Shown here in pieces: positions 18,893-28,771 of a DNA stretch of 62,441 bases (within the stretch, counting starts at the first letter, position 1; every line of letters begins with the position of its first letter). The DNA comes from Eubacteriales bacterium. Its GTDB lineage: Bacteria; Bacillota; Clostridia; Oscillospirales; CAG-272. Location: contig JAZSRX010000006.1 in the NCBI GenBank assembly GCA_045538685.1, positions 1-62,441 on the forward strand, in the 5' to 3' direction. The position numbers and the translations under genes were made by a program. The notes under the pieces were generated by a model. The model saw nothing but the letters and a program-made list of their open reading frames with translations, did no database searches and was not told where the DNA came from.

Positions 18893-19933
18893 ATGACTAA
18901 AATTGATATTTTTTCCGGATTTCTCGGTGCAGGAAAGACAACACTTATAAAAAAGCTTATTAAGGAAGCATACGCAGGAGAAAAGGTTGTTCTTATTGAG
19001 AACGAGTTTGGCGAAATCGGCATTGACGGCGGATTTCTTGCAGATGCAGGCATTGAGATTACCGAGATGAATTCTGGATGTATTTGCTGTTCGCTTGTTG
19101 GCGATTTTTCAAAGGCACTTGTAAAGGTAATTGAGGAATACAACCCCGACAGAATTATTATCGAACCTTCGGGTGTAGGTAAGCTTTCTGACGTTATCCG
19201 TGCGGCAAAAACCGCAGAGGAACACGGTGCGGTGCTTAATTGCTTTACCACCGTTGCAGATGTTAATAAATGTAAAATGTATATGAAAAACTTTGGCGAG
19301 TTTTACAATGATCAGATTGCAAATGCTTCTGCCATTGTTCTTTCACATACCCAGACCGCAAGAGACGAAAAAATCAGCGAGTGTGTAGTACTCCTTCGTC
19401 AGCACAATGCTGATGCAATTATCGTTACTACTCCTTGGGATAACCTTGACGGCAAGGACATTCTTGCTGCAATGGAGCATAAGGATACTCTTGAAGATGC
19501 GGTAAAGGCACTTGAAGAAGAGCATAAGCATCACCATCATCATGATGAAGAATGCCACTGTGGCTGCCACGATCACGATCATCACGAGCATCACCACGAT
19601 CACGATGAAGAATGTCACTGTGGCTGCCACGATCACGATCACCATCATCATCACGCAGACGAGGTGTTCACCTCCTTTGGCGAGGAAACCACAAAGAAAT
19701 TCACTATGGAGGAGATTAATTCTATTCTTGAAAGCTTCTCCGAGTCTGATGAGTACGGTATGATCCTTCGTGCTAAAGGCATCGTGGAGTGCAAGTGCGG
19801 TAAGTGGATTCACTTTGACTATATTCCCGGCGAACCTGACGTGCGTCAGGGTACAGCAGGCATAATCGGACGCCTTTGCGTTATCGGTGCAGGAATTGAC
19901 AAGGAAAAAATTAAGGAATTGTTTGGAATTTAA
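18893..19933 (+). CDS. COG0523/CobW-family metallochaperone GTPase with His-rich linker
   Basis: GFLGAGKTT, ENEFG, GCICC, IEPSG and a His/Cys tract. Confidence 0.92.
   Translation: MTKIDIFSGFLGAGKTTLIKKLIKEAYAGEKVVLIENEFGEIGIDGGFLADAGIEITEMNSGCICCSLVGDFSKALVKVIEEYNPDRIIIEPSGVGKLSDVIRAAKTAEEHGAVLNCFTTVADVNKCKMYMKNFGEFYNDQIANASAIVLSHTQTARDEKISECVVLLRQHNADAIIVTTPWDNLDGKDILAAMEHKDTLEDAVKALEEEHKHHHHHDEECHCGCHDHDHHEHHHDHDEECHCGCHDHDHHHHHADEVFTSFGEETTKKFTMEEINSILESFSESDEYGMILRAKGIVECKCGKWIHFDYIPGEPDVRQGTAGIIGRLCVIGAGIDKEKIKELFGI
19528..19654 (+). repeat. 60-bp duplication encoding HDEECHCGCHDHDHH
   Basis: GATGAAGAATG(C/T)CACTGTGGCTGCCACGATCACGATC at 19544 and 19604. Confidence 0.85.
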
Positions 19934-19935
19934 AA

Positions 19936-20877
19936 ATGGAAATACCGGTATATCTTTTTACGGGCTTTCTTGAGGGTGGTAAAACAAGCTTTATCACCGA
20001 AACAATGAAAGACCCCAACTTTAATGACGGAAAAAGAAAATATCTTATCATCACTTGTGAGGAAGGAGAGGTTGAATACTATCCCGATGAGCTGGGTTCA
20101 AACGTAAGCTTTGCTTCCTTTGATGATGAGCAGTCTATTACTGTTGACCGCCTTAATGCTATGCAAAAGCGTTCCGGTGCGGAAATAATCGTAGTGGAAT
20201 ATAACGGAATGTGGATGTTAGACCGTTTCTACAACTCTCTTCCGCAGAACTGGATGGTTTATCAGGAAATTTTCGTTTGCGACTCCACAACCGCAACCGT
20301 TTACAATGCAAATATGCGTCAGCTTATAGTAGACAAGCTTACAAGCTGTGAGATGGTTGTTTTTAATCGCACAACTCAAACTACCGACAAAATGGCTCTG
20401 CATAAGATTGTAAGAGGTATCAGCCGTAAAGCAAACATTTGCTACGAGGACACTAACGGCGAGATTGAGTTTGATCAGATAGAAGATCCCCTTCCTTATG
20501 ACATTAACGCAGATGTTATTGAGATAAAGGATGATGACTTTGCTTACTTCTATCGCGATATGAGCGAGGACACATCTAAATATATTGGAAAAACAATCAG
20601 ATTTAAGGGAATTGTTGCCCTTGACAGATCTCTTCCCGCTGACAACTTTGCCATAGGCAGACATATTATGACCTGCTGTGCAGACGATATTGCATACCGT
20701 GGCCTTGTTGCTAAGGGAATGGGAAATTTAAAGCTTCAGACAAGAGACTGGGCTATTGTTGAAGGAAAGCTTTATGAAGAGTTTTCAAAGCTTTACGGCG
20801 GTCGTGGCCCTGTTATGAAGGTTAACAAGATTGAAATAGCAGAAAAGCCCATACAGGAGGTAGCTACCTTCTATTAA
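19936..20877 (+). CDS. CobW-like GTPase domain fused to a TIGR03943/DUF1980-like C-terminal domain
   Basis: GFLEGGKT, CEEGE, EYNGMW; C-terminal RHIMTCCADD. Confidence 0.75.
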   Translation: MEIPVYLFTGFLEGGKTSFITETMKDPNFNDGKRKYLIITCEEGEVEYYPDELGSNVSFASFDDEQSITVDRLNAMQKRSGAEIIVVEYNGMWMLDRFYNSLPQNWMVYQEIFVCDSTTATVYNANMRQLIVDKLTSCEMVVFNRTTQTTDKMALHKIVRGISRKANICYEDTNGEIEFDQIEDPLPYDINADVIEIKDDDFAYFYRDMSEDTSKYIGKTIRFKGIVALDRSLPADNFAIGRHIMTCCADDIAYRGLVAKGMGNLKLQTRDWAIVEGKLYEEFSKLYGGRGPVMKVNKIEIAEKPIQEVATFY

Positions 20878-20909
20878 TCAGGTAAGAAAAATGAAAGGAT
20901 GACCTGTCT

Positions 20910-21746
20910 ATGTCAGAGAATAAAATGTTTATAAAACTCTATTCTTCGAGCGGAGAGGGAATAATAGATTCGGGATATTATCCTGACTGCCACCAGCTTG
21001 TTCAGGTTACCGGCGGGAACCTTGCTATCTCTGTCGGCACAGAGGTTATTGAGGCAGAATCGGGCGATTTTGTATATGTTCCGCCTACACTTGTGTTCAG
21101 GGCAGAGTCAATCGGACGCCAGGCATCCATTCGTGTTCTTGCATTTGACAAAATGTTTGTGGAAGAGAATATCGGCAACTTTGACAGCGAGATATTTTAT
21201 ATGTTCTTTGTCCAGTCCTGCAGCCGTATTGTAAGCTTTAAGCAGGGGCATCCTATTTATGATAATCTGGCTTACTGTATGGATGAGGCATATGAGGAGT
21301 TTATTTCCAAAGATGTATGCTTCCTTCTTCCTGTAAAGGCACATATATATCTTCTTATTTCTGCAATTTTGCGTTTTTATGCTACATCAAGAAACGAGCT
21401 TGACCGTATGGTTTATCACAATGTAATTCGTCTCAAACCCGTAATAGAATACATAACCGAAAATTATGCCGAAAAGATATATATTGAAACACTTGCGGAT
21501 ATGGTCGCACTTTCTGCTGACTATTTTACAAAAATGTTTAAGGATTCTATCGGAAAAACACCCATTGACTATATAAACGGTGTAAGGGTTAATCACTCCC
21601 TGCGTCTGTTAACTATGACCGATACTCCAATCAATGAAATTGCAGATAAAACAGGTTTTTCCAATCCCAACTACTTCCACAAAATTTTCAAATCTTATAT
21701 GCAAACAAGTCCTCTTGCCTACCGCAAGAGTGCAAATAAAAATTGA
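20910..21746 (+). CDS. AraC-family transcriptional regulator
   Basis: N-terminal cupin-like domain; C-terminal YFTKMFK...GFSNPNYFHKIFK...SPLAYR HTH. Confidence 0.92.
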   Translation: MSENKMFIKLYSSSGEGIIDSGYYPDCHQLVQVTGGNLAISVGTEVIEAESGDFVYVPPTLVFRAESIGRQASIRVLAFDKMFVEENIGNFDSEIFYMFFVQSCSRIVSFKQGHPIYDNLAYCMDEAYEEFISKDVCFLLPVKAHIYLLISAILRFYATSRNELDRMVYHNVIRLKPVIEYITENYAEKIYIETLADMVALSADYFTKMFKDSIGKTPIDYINGVRVNHSLRLLTMTDTPINEIADKTGFSNPNYFHKIFKSYMQTSPLAYRKSANKN

Positions 21747-21762
21747 GTTTAACCCATATAAC

Positions 21763-21798
21763 AAAAGGCGAGTCAAGCGACTCGCCTTTTACTTTTTT
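21763..21798. terminator. Bidirectional intrinsic terminator
   Basis: AAAAGGCGAGTC / GACTCGCCTTTT. Confidence 0.85.
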
Positions 21799-21815
21799 AA
21801 AAAGTGGGTTTTAGG

Positions 21816-23153
21816 TTATTTTCCGTATTTATGATTGTAATGAAGGGTTACACCATCGACAATAATATCCTCAAAATAATATGTATTATTTTGAAATATT
21901 TTTGAAGTAAGAATTTTAATCGCACGGCCGTCATTCTCGCTTCCTGCATAATATACGTCTGTAACATTGTCACATTCCCAGAAAAGATTAATAGAGCTCA
22001 CTTGGAGTTCAGTAATACTTTTAGGGAGATAAAGCTTTTTAAGCGACTCGCAACGGAAAAATGCATCGAATTCGATTATCTTTACTCCTTCCGGAATAAC
22101 TAAGCTTTTAATTGTCGAGCATTGGGCAAATGCCAATCGGCGAATATCGTAGGATTCACCGTTGACGGTTGAGGGAAGAACGAGATTTGTCTCATCTCCG
22201 ATGTATCTGACAAGAGAAATTCTTCCTTCAAAGGGATAAAACAGGCAACCGTCCTTCTTGATCAACTTGCTTTTTCCTTTGTGAATATCTATCGTTTTGC
22301 TGAGTGAGACAAATTCTATTTCAACAGAAGAATTATTTACAATCTCACAAATAAAGTCACATAATTCAAAGGCACTGCCTCCAATTTCGGTTACGGATTC
22401 GGGAATTGTAATGCTAATAAGTCCGCTGCTGCTAAATGCATGGGGAGCAATAGTGGTTACCGAGTCGGGAAGAACTAAAATCTCAATATTTGACATAAAA
22501 GCACAGCTTCCTATGTATTTTAATGATTTAGAAAGATTAATTTCTTTGAACTTGCTACCTGTAAACGCATAATCGTTAATATGTGTAACCGAATCTCCCA
22601 TTATAACTTTGGAAAGATTAAAGCAATTGTTGAAAGCTTTTTTATCAATGATTTTTATACCGTCGGGAATTACTACTGTTGACAAACTCTCACAATAGGA
22701 GGTTGTCTGTACAGTTACAGTAGTCCCATTGTAATCTATTTTTTCTTCCGTAATTCTGTCGCCAAAGGCATTCTCCGCAATAACGGTTATGGGCTTTCCG
22801 TTATAAGAGGAGGGAAGAATAACGGTTGCAGGGATGTTTTTGACATCCTTAGCTGCTATGGAATAGGTACCGTCATCAAGCTCGGTAAAGGTGAAATAAT
22901 TATCAGATGTGGGTTCGCCCGTCACTTCATCGCAGTTTTGGCAGACACCGTCAACAAAATTGTGCCCTGCAGGAATTGTGCGGGTTTCCTTTTCTCCGCA
23001 GTTACACTCTCTTTCTTCTAATCCGACATCGGTGCACTGACCGTCTTTTACCGTTTTCCAATTGCCGTAATTATGTGTGTGCTTCTCTTTGCAAGAAACA
23101 AGCAAGGTGGCAAATACTAAAATAATAAGTAAAATGGTAATTAACTTCTTCAT
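21816..23153 (-). CDS. BspA-like LRR lipoprotein with N-terminal Cys/His module
   Basis: Lipobox LVSC; HTHNYGNW...CNCG module; LRR units; the start could also be 23165. Confidence 0.88.
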   Translation of the reverse strand: MKKLITILLIILVFATLLVSCKEKHTHNYGNWKTVKDGQCTDVGLEERECNCGEKETRTIPAGHNFVDGVCQNCDEVTGEPTSDNYFTFTELDDGTYSIAAKDVKNIPATVILPSSYNGKPITVIAENAFGDRITEEKIDYNGTTVTVQTTSYCESLSTVVIPDGIKIIDKKAFNNCFNLSKVIMGDSVTHINDYAFTGSKFKEINLSKSLKYIGSCAFMSNIEILVLPDSVTTIAPHAFSSSGLISITIPESVTEIGGSAFELCDFICEIVNNSSVEIEFVSLSKTIDIHKGKSKLIKKDGCLFYPFEGRISLVRYIGDETNLVLPSTVNGESYDIRRLAFAQCSTIKSLVIPEGVKIIEFDAFFRCESLKKLYLPKSITELQVSSINLFWECDNVTDVYYAGSENDGRAIKILTSKIFQNNTYYFEDIIVDGVTLHYNHKYGK

Positions 23154-23207
23154 AATAAACTTCATTTTTAGCCAAAAAATAATGAGTTTTTTAATAGTGT
23201 AGTTTTA

Positions 23208-24461
23208 TTATTTGTTTTCATAATAGGCGATTACCCACGAACCGCATTTGTTGCAAAAATATACATAATACCAACGGTCTTCGCCCTCGGTCTTTTTGCA
23301 TTCTTCCTTTGACGGAGCAGGATCGTGCCGGTATTCTCCGGGGATTTTTACTTTAATTTCAATTTTTCCTTCACCGTCAGCAATAATAAATATGTATGTA
23401 TCTGAATTATTTTCACAAGAGCCGGGTAACAGAATATAGTTACCGTTGCTTGTGTATTTGTCTTTTGTTATTATTTTTGCCTCTTCAAAATATAAGTTCT
23501 TAAGCTGCATTGCAGTACTCCAAACCGAAAGAATGATGTGGAGTTCGCTTTCTATTTTGGATTTATGCACGTACTCTATAGCTTTATCTATTGTGTATAT
23601 GTTGCTTGGATAATTTCTTTCCACAGAAAGAATAACCGTTTTATCAGCATTTGGCTTGCCGTCTTTCTGTCCATACTCCACCGAAACGTAACCTTCCATA
23701 TACATAAATGAGGTTATATCGTCAAATCCACTTTCAATATAAGGCGATTTGTTAAATTCGATTTGTGCACGGTTATAGTCCTGCTCAAGCTCCAGTCTTA
23801 AAAATTCCAGGGCTCTATTATAATCCTGAAGAAGAATGTCGGTAGTAACAGTGCTTGGATCCAAGGCAACCGCTTTCTTATAGTCAGCACTTAAACTCCA
23901 GTTTTTGATTGCATTTTTCATATCTTCTTCGGTTGCAAGATAATTTTCCGAAGGAAGCTTAAAGGTTTTGAATACATTTATCAATTCAGTGATACGGTCC
24001 ATAGCCATCTCTTCTGCTATGATGTCAATATCTTCTGTACTGATAGAATTATCAAGAGAGGGAAGGACCTTTTCGCTTTGAGCAAAATCGCAGTTGAGGC
24101 ACCCGTAAACAACCTTTCCTTCATCTGTCATAGAGGGGGTTACAGTTATTTCATAATCAAACTGATGTTCACCGATTGCAATAATTTCTTCTTCGGTTTT
24201 TCCGCATTCACAAATGCGTGTTTTTCTTCCTTCCTCGACACAGGTGGGTTCTGTAATAATGTTCCATTCGCCAAAAACGTGAGAATGCTCGGGGCCGTCG
24301 CCTTCTTCTTTTTCTTCATTTGGTCTTTTATCGTTATTCGTTCTTGACTCTTCTTCGCTCTCGTCAATGTCATTTTTGTTACTGTCGGCGTAGTTGTTAC
24401 AGGAAGCAAATAAAAGTGTAAGTAAAAGTATAAATATCAAAACAAAAAGATGTTTTTTCAT
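23208..24461 (-). CDS. Hypothetical lipoprotein with Cys/His modules
   Basis: Lipobox FASC; HSHVFGEW...PTC...CECG; GGAGG RBS and its own promoter TTTACA-17-TATAAT near 24494-24522. Confidence 0.8.
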   Translation of the reverse strand: MKKHLFVLIFILLLTLLFASCNNYADSNKNDIDESEEESRTNNDKRPNEEKEEGDGPEHSHVFGEWNIITEPTCVEEGRKTRICECGKTEEEIIAIGEHQFDYEITVTPSMTDEGKVVYGCLNCDFAQSEKVLPSLDNSISTEDIDIIAEEMAMDRITELINVFKTFKLPSENYLATEEDMKNAIKNWSLSADYKKAVALDPSTVTTDILLQDYNRALEFLRLELEQDYNRAQIEFNKSPYIESGFDDITSFMYMEGYVSVEYGQKDGKPNADKTVILSVERNYPSNIYTIDKAIEYVHKSKIESELHIILSVWSTAMQLKNLYFEEAKIITKDKYTSNGNYILLPGSCENNSDTYIFIIADGEGKIEIKVKIPGEYRHDPAPSKEECKKTEGEDRWYYVYFCNKCGSWVIAYYENK

Positions 24462-24534
24462 ATTTTCCTCCAGAATTGTTTTTACATAATTAATTATATC
24501 ACATTTTTATTTAATTGTAAAGAGAACACATAAT

Positions 24535-24570
24535 AAAAAGCGGTTGCTCTACCGTAGTAAAGCAACCGCC
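24535..24570 (-). terminator. Intrinsic terminator of the orphan transcript
   Basis: Minus strand GCGGTTGCT...AGCAACCGC-TTTTT. Confidence 0.85.
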
Positions 24571-24778
24571 ACTTCTTATTTTTTGGGCGTCAAGCCCCAT
24601 AAAGTTTTCATAATATAAACCAACAGTTAATTAACATTAATCAATATGATACACCGCTTCTTCACATAAGGGTAAAAAGTACCCGACTTCACGAGAATAA
24701 ATCTCAATCATCTAAACGACAAGAGGGTATCACAAACCTTCGTTTTATATTCAGTTTTTTTGGCTGTTAGCTCAGCCC

Positions 24779-24874
24779 TTAGTGAGAACCTGCCATTATG
24801 CACGAAATACTCGCCATCTCGCAGCCAGCATAGCGGCAGGCATAAAAGTGATTTGGTTCTTCAAAATTGTGCAT
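24779..24874 (-). CDS. Small ORF, 31 aa (MHNFEEPNHFYACRYAGCEMASISCIMAGSH)
   Basis: Consensus RBS AAAGGAGG 8 nt upstream of ATG; three Cys; below the ORF-track cutoff. Confidence 0.55.
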   Translation of the reverse strand: MHNFEEPNHFYACRYAGCEMASISCIMAGSH

Positions 24875-24988
24875 TGGCGTGTCCTCCTTTCATAGACTTT
24901 TGGCAGAAAAGAAACCTATTCTAAAAGATTTGAATAAACGGTCAGGCCTTTGTCCGACCTCTTTTTCTTTTCTTCACCTTACATTTTA

Positions 24989-25017
24989 AATATAGCACAT
25001 CTTTTTTCAATTGTCAA
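24989..25017 (-). promoter_or_regulatory. sigmaA promoter of the orphan transcript
   Basis: TTGACA-17 nt-TATATT with extended -10 TG. Confidence 0.75.
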
Positions 25018-25148
25018 TAGGAAATTTATAAAATTATCCAACTTTTTTAACTTAAATTTGAGTAAACTGTGCATTGTGCACAACAAAATGAGTAAAAAAC
25101 AATAAAAACAAAAAAGAAAAGCGGTAGCAAGAGCTACCGCCTTATAAA

Positions 25149-26498
25149 TTATTCAAGTATTTCTTCGTCTTCTTCGTCGATAAATTCACAGCTTTCGTGG
25201 ATTACGGTCAATTCTTCCGTACCTTTTACAAAGCCCTCGGTAACAATAACCTTCTTAGCATAGGGAAGAGAAGGAAGCTCAAACATTGGCTTCATCATAA
25301 GTCCCTCTATAATAGAGCGAAGTCCTCTTGCTCCTGTCTCGCGTTCAATGGCAAGGTGTGCTATAGCACGGTATGCACCGTCCTCAAACTCAAGTTCAAT
25401 GCCGTCAAGCTCAAAGAGCTTTTGATACTGCTTTGAAAGAGCATTTTTGGGCTCACGGATAATTCTTACCAATGCTTCCTCGTCAAGATTTTCAAGAGTT
25501 ACAATAACAGGAAGTCTACCCACAATCTCAGGAATAAGACCGTATTTGATTACGTCGTGGGCGATGATATCCTTGTAAACACCGCGTTCAACCTTTTCCT
25601 TCTTGGTCTGCTTTTCGGTGTTAAAGCCGATCTGTTGATTTCCTTTTCGCTGCTCGATAATAGATTCGATGCCTTCAAAAGCACCGCCGCATATGAAAAG
25701 AATGTTTTTAGTGTTGATCTGAATAAATTCCTGATTGGGATGCTTTCTTCCGCCCTGAGGAGGAACGTTTGCAGTTGTACCTTCAAGAATTTTAAGCAAT
25801 GCCTGCTGTACACCTTCGCCTGAAACGTCACGGGTGATAGAACGGTTTTCGCTCTTTCTTGTTATCTTGTCGATTTCATCAATATAGATAATACCGTATT
25901 CTGCCTTGTCAACGTCATAATCTGCCGCCTGAATAAGACGGAGAAGAATATTTTCTACGTCTTCGCCAACATAACCTGCCTCGGTAAGTGTGGTTGCATC
26001 TGCGATAGCAAAGGGCACCTTAAAGCTCTTTGCAAGTGTTTGTGCAATATAGGTTTTACCAACACCGGTAGGACCGAGAAGAAGAACGTTGGATTTCTGA
26101 ATTTCTACACCGTCATCAATATTTTCTGTTTCTGCCTTAGCTTTTCTGCCTCTTTTTGACTTTTTTGTCTTTTCATCAATAGACAAAATTCTCTTGTAAT
26201 GGTTGTATACTGCAACCGAAAGGGCAAGTTTTGCGTCTTCCTGACCAATAACATGAGCATCAAGCATCTCCTTGATTTCCTTGGGCTTGGGAAGTGTTGC
26301 AAGTGTAAGATTTTCTATATCGTAATTATTGCCTGCAGAATTTTCAATATGCTCGTCTAAGTAGTCGGAACAAAGATCTACGCAGAAGTCACAAATATAG
26401 GTCTTACGGTCTTGGGCAGGGAAAAGAAAATCAACGTCATATTCGCTTCGTCCACAAAAATGGCATTTACGTATATCGTGATTTGTTTTATCTTCCAT
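25149..26498 (-). CDS. clpX: ATP-dependent Clp protease ATPase subunit
   Basis: C4 zinc finger, [31 protein letters not shown] and [14 protein letters not shown]. Confidence 0.98.
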   Translation of the reverse strand: MEDKTNHDIRKCHFCGRSEYDVDFLFPAQDRKTYICDFCVDLCSDYLDEHIENSAGNNYDIENLTLATLPKPKEIKEMLDAHVIGQEDAKLALSVAVYNHYKRILSIDEKTKKSKRGRKAKAETENIDDGVEIQKSNVLLLGPTGVGKTYIAQTLAKSFKVPFAIADATTLTEAGYVGEDVENILLRLIQAADYDVDKAEYGIIYIDEIDKITRKSENRSITRDVSGEGVQQALLKILEGTTANVPPQGGRKHPNQEFIQINTKNILFICGGAFEGIESIIEQRKGNQQIGFNTEKQTKKEKVERGVYKDIIAHDVIKYGLIPEIVGRLPVIVTLENLDEEALVRIIREPKNALSKQYQKLFELDGIELEFEDGAYRAIAHLAIERETGARGLRSIIEGLMMKPMFELPSLPYAKKVIVTEGFVKGTEELTVIHESCEFIDEEDEEILE

Positions 26499-26501
26499 TA
26501 T

Positions 26502-27089
26502 TTAGATTTCCTTTTTAGTGATTACCTTATCAACCAGGCCGTATGCTGCCGCCTGATCTGCAGTCATATAATTGTCGCGTTCTGTATCTCTCTGAATTGT
26601 CTCAAGTGTCTGACCGGTCTGTTCTGCAAGAATTATATTAAGCTTTTCTCTTATTCTGAGAATGTGGTCTGCGTGAATCTTAATATCGGATGCCTGACCC
26701 TGCATGCCGCCAAGGGGCTGGTGAATCATTACCTCCGAGTTGGGAAGGGCAAATCTCTTTCCCTTTGTTCCGCTGGAAAGAAGAAAAGCACCCATAGATG
26801 CTGCCATTCCGATACAAATTGTAGAAACGTCACACTTGATATAGTTCATAGTGTCATAAATAGCCATTCCTGCGGAAATAGAGCCGCCGGGGCTGTTGAT
26901 GTAAAGATATATGTCCTTGTCGGGATCCTGTGCCTCAAGATAAAGCATCTGGGCAACAACCAGAGAAGCGGTTACATCATTAACCTCATCAGCGAGGAAA
27001 ATGATTCTGTCATTTAATAATCTGGAGTAAATGTCATAAGAGCGTTCACCTCTTGATGTCTGCTCAACGACCATTGGAACAAGTGCCAT
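26502..27089 (-). CDS. clpP: Clp protease proteolytic subunit
   Basis: [21 protein letters not shown] and MIHQP motifs. Confidence 0.98.
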   Translation of the reverse strand: MALVPMVVEQTSRGERSYDIYSRLLNDRIIFLADEVNDVTASLVVAQMLYLEAQDPDKDIYLYINSPGGSISAGMAIYDTMNYIKCDVSTICIGMAASMGAFLLSSGTKGKRFALPNSEVMIHQPLGGMQGQASDIKIHADHILRIREKLNIILAEQTGQTLETIQRDTERDNYMTADQAAAYGLVDKVITKKEI

Positions 27090-27169
27090 AGTATATTCCG
27101 CCTTTCTATTATTATTGTGTTTAATAGCCGACAGTCAAGTCTGTAGACCGCCGGCTATTACTTATTTAA

Positions 27170-28591
27170 TTACTCTGCATCCTCTGCCTTAGCGGTTTTC
27201 TTTGCAGGAGCTTTCTTTGTTGTAGTTTTCTTTGCCTTAGGAGCTTCCTCGGTAGCTTCACCCTCTGCCTTTGCCTTGGGAGCCGCCTTCTTGGTTGTGG
27301 TCTTCTTTGCCTTGGGAGCCGAAACCTTTGCGTTCTCACGAACAAGCTTGAGTGCCTTGCCAACTGCAAGATCTGCATTAAGATCCTCTGCTGCAATCAT
27401 AGTTTTGATCTGATCAACGGGAACGTTGTAGGCATCGGAAATTCTCTGATACTCAGCATCGGTCTCTTCCTCAGAGATGCTGATTGCCTCAAGGGAAGCG
27501 ATCTTTTCAAGAGCAAGTCTTACCTTAACCTGACGCTCTGCCTGGGGACGCATCTGCTCGCGAAGTGCTTCAAGTGTAAGACCGGTATACTTCATGTAGG
27601 TAGCAAGATCAAGGCCGTTCTGGCGAAGTCTTGTGTCATAGTCACGAACAAAGTTCTCGGTCTCTGCCTCGAACATAACCTCGGGAATTTCTGCAACAAG
27701 CTTTTCCATAAGTGCCTCGGCAAGAGCATTTTCAACCTCTGTCTCTGCCTTGTCTTCGTTTCTCTTTACCATTTTAGACTTTATGTCTGCCTTATATTCA
27801 TCAAGAGTATCAAATTCGGACACATCCTTTGCGAACTCGTCGTCAAGGGCAGGGAGTTCCTCTGCCTTAATGGAGTTAAGCTTGGTCTTGAAGGTTGCTG
27901 CCTTGCCTGCAAGCTCTGCTGCATGGTACTCCTCGGGGAAGCTAACATTTACGTCAAATTCTTCACCGATATTCTTGCCAACGATCTGCTCCTCGAAGCC
28001 GGGGATAAATGCACCCGAGCCGAGGGTAAGGTCGTGACCGTTACCCTTGCCGCCGTCAAATGCAATGCCGTCAACAAAGCCCTCATAATCAATATTAGCA
28101 ATATCACCCATAACAGCTGCTCTGTCGGTGATCTCAATTGTTCTTGCGTTTCTCTTTCTTGCACTTTCAACCTCTGCATCAACATCTGCATCGGTAACTT
28201 CAGCTACCTTCTTTTCAACAGCGATGCCCTTGTATCCGTCGATGGTAACCTCGGGCTTTACAAAGCCAACTGCCTTGAGAACGATATCACCCTCGTCAGA
28301 AACAAGATCAAACTGGGGCTGACCTACGATATCGAGACCCGCCTCCTTAACTGCCTCCTCAAATGCCTCGGGAATACAAGCATTGATAGCATCCTCAAAC
28401 CAGATGCCCTTGCCATAATACTTCTCGATGATTGCCTTGGGAGCTTTACCCTTTCTGAAGCCGGGGATGTTAATAGACTTAACATTCTTCTTGTAGCTTT
28501 CAATTTCTGCCTTTGCGTAAACTTCCTGGCTTACGGAGAACTCCATAACAAAACCGGATTTCTCGGTAAGTTCCTTTTTAATAAGACTCAT
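27170..28591 (-). CDS. tig: Trigger factor
   Basis: IPGFRKGKAP ribosome-binding motif and FKBP domain FIPGFEEQ; K/A-rich tail. Confidence 0.97.
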   Translation of the reverse strand: MSLIKKELTEKSGFVMEFSVSQEVYAKAEIESYKKNVKSINIPGFRKGKAPKAIIEKYYGKGIWFEDAINACIPEAFEEAVKEAGLDIVGQPQFDLVSDEGDIVLKAVGFVKPEVTIDGYKGIAVEKKVAEVTDADVDAEVESARKRNARTIEITDRAAVMGDIANIDYEGFVDGIAFDGGKGNGHDLTLGSGAFIPGFEEQIVGKNIGEEFDVNVSFPEEYHAAELAGKAATFKTKLNSIKAEELPALDDEFAKDVSEFDTLDEYKADIKSKMVKRNEDKAETEVENALAEALMEKLVAEIPEVMFEAETENFVRDYDTRLRQNGLDLATYMKYTGLTLEALREQMRPQAERQVKVRLALEKIASLEAISISEEETDAEYQRISDAYNVPVDQIKTMIAAEDLNADLAVGKALKLVRENAKVSAPKAKKTTTKKAAPKAKAEGEATEEAPKAKKTTTKKAPAKKTAKAEDAE

Positions 28592-28771
28592 TTCTTTTCC
28601 TCCGAAATGTATATATAATTATTTTTTATTATTAAATTAAGCCATAACATTGTACATCAAAAAAACACTTTTGTCAAGACTAAAGTAGAAGTTTATTGTC
28701 TTTTTTACTAAAAAATGGGACGTTTTTTCGTCTTTTTGACTATTATTTTGAAAAATAAGCATAATTCCACA

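Larger units (their letters stand above)
24535..24982 (-). ncRNA. Candidate structured RNA (about 450 nt), family not recognised
   Basis: Bounded by a sigmaA promoter and a terminator; at least eight hairpins visible by eye; no ORF longer than about 31 aa found. Confidence 0.5.

Noticed and set aside
24535-24982. tmRNA, RNase P or SRP RNA identity for the orphan transcript
   Set aside because: No tRNA-like TTCGA...CCA end or Ala-Ala tag, no GAGGAAAGTCC, and no SRP GGAA-loop motif seen.
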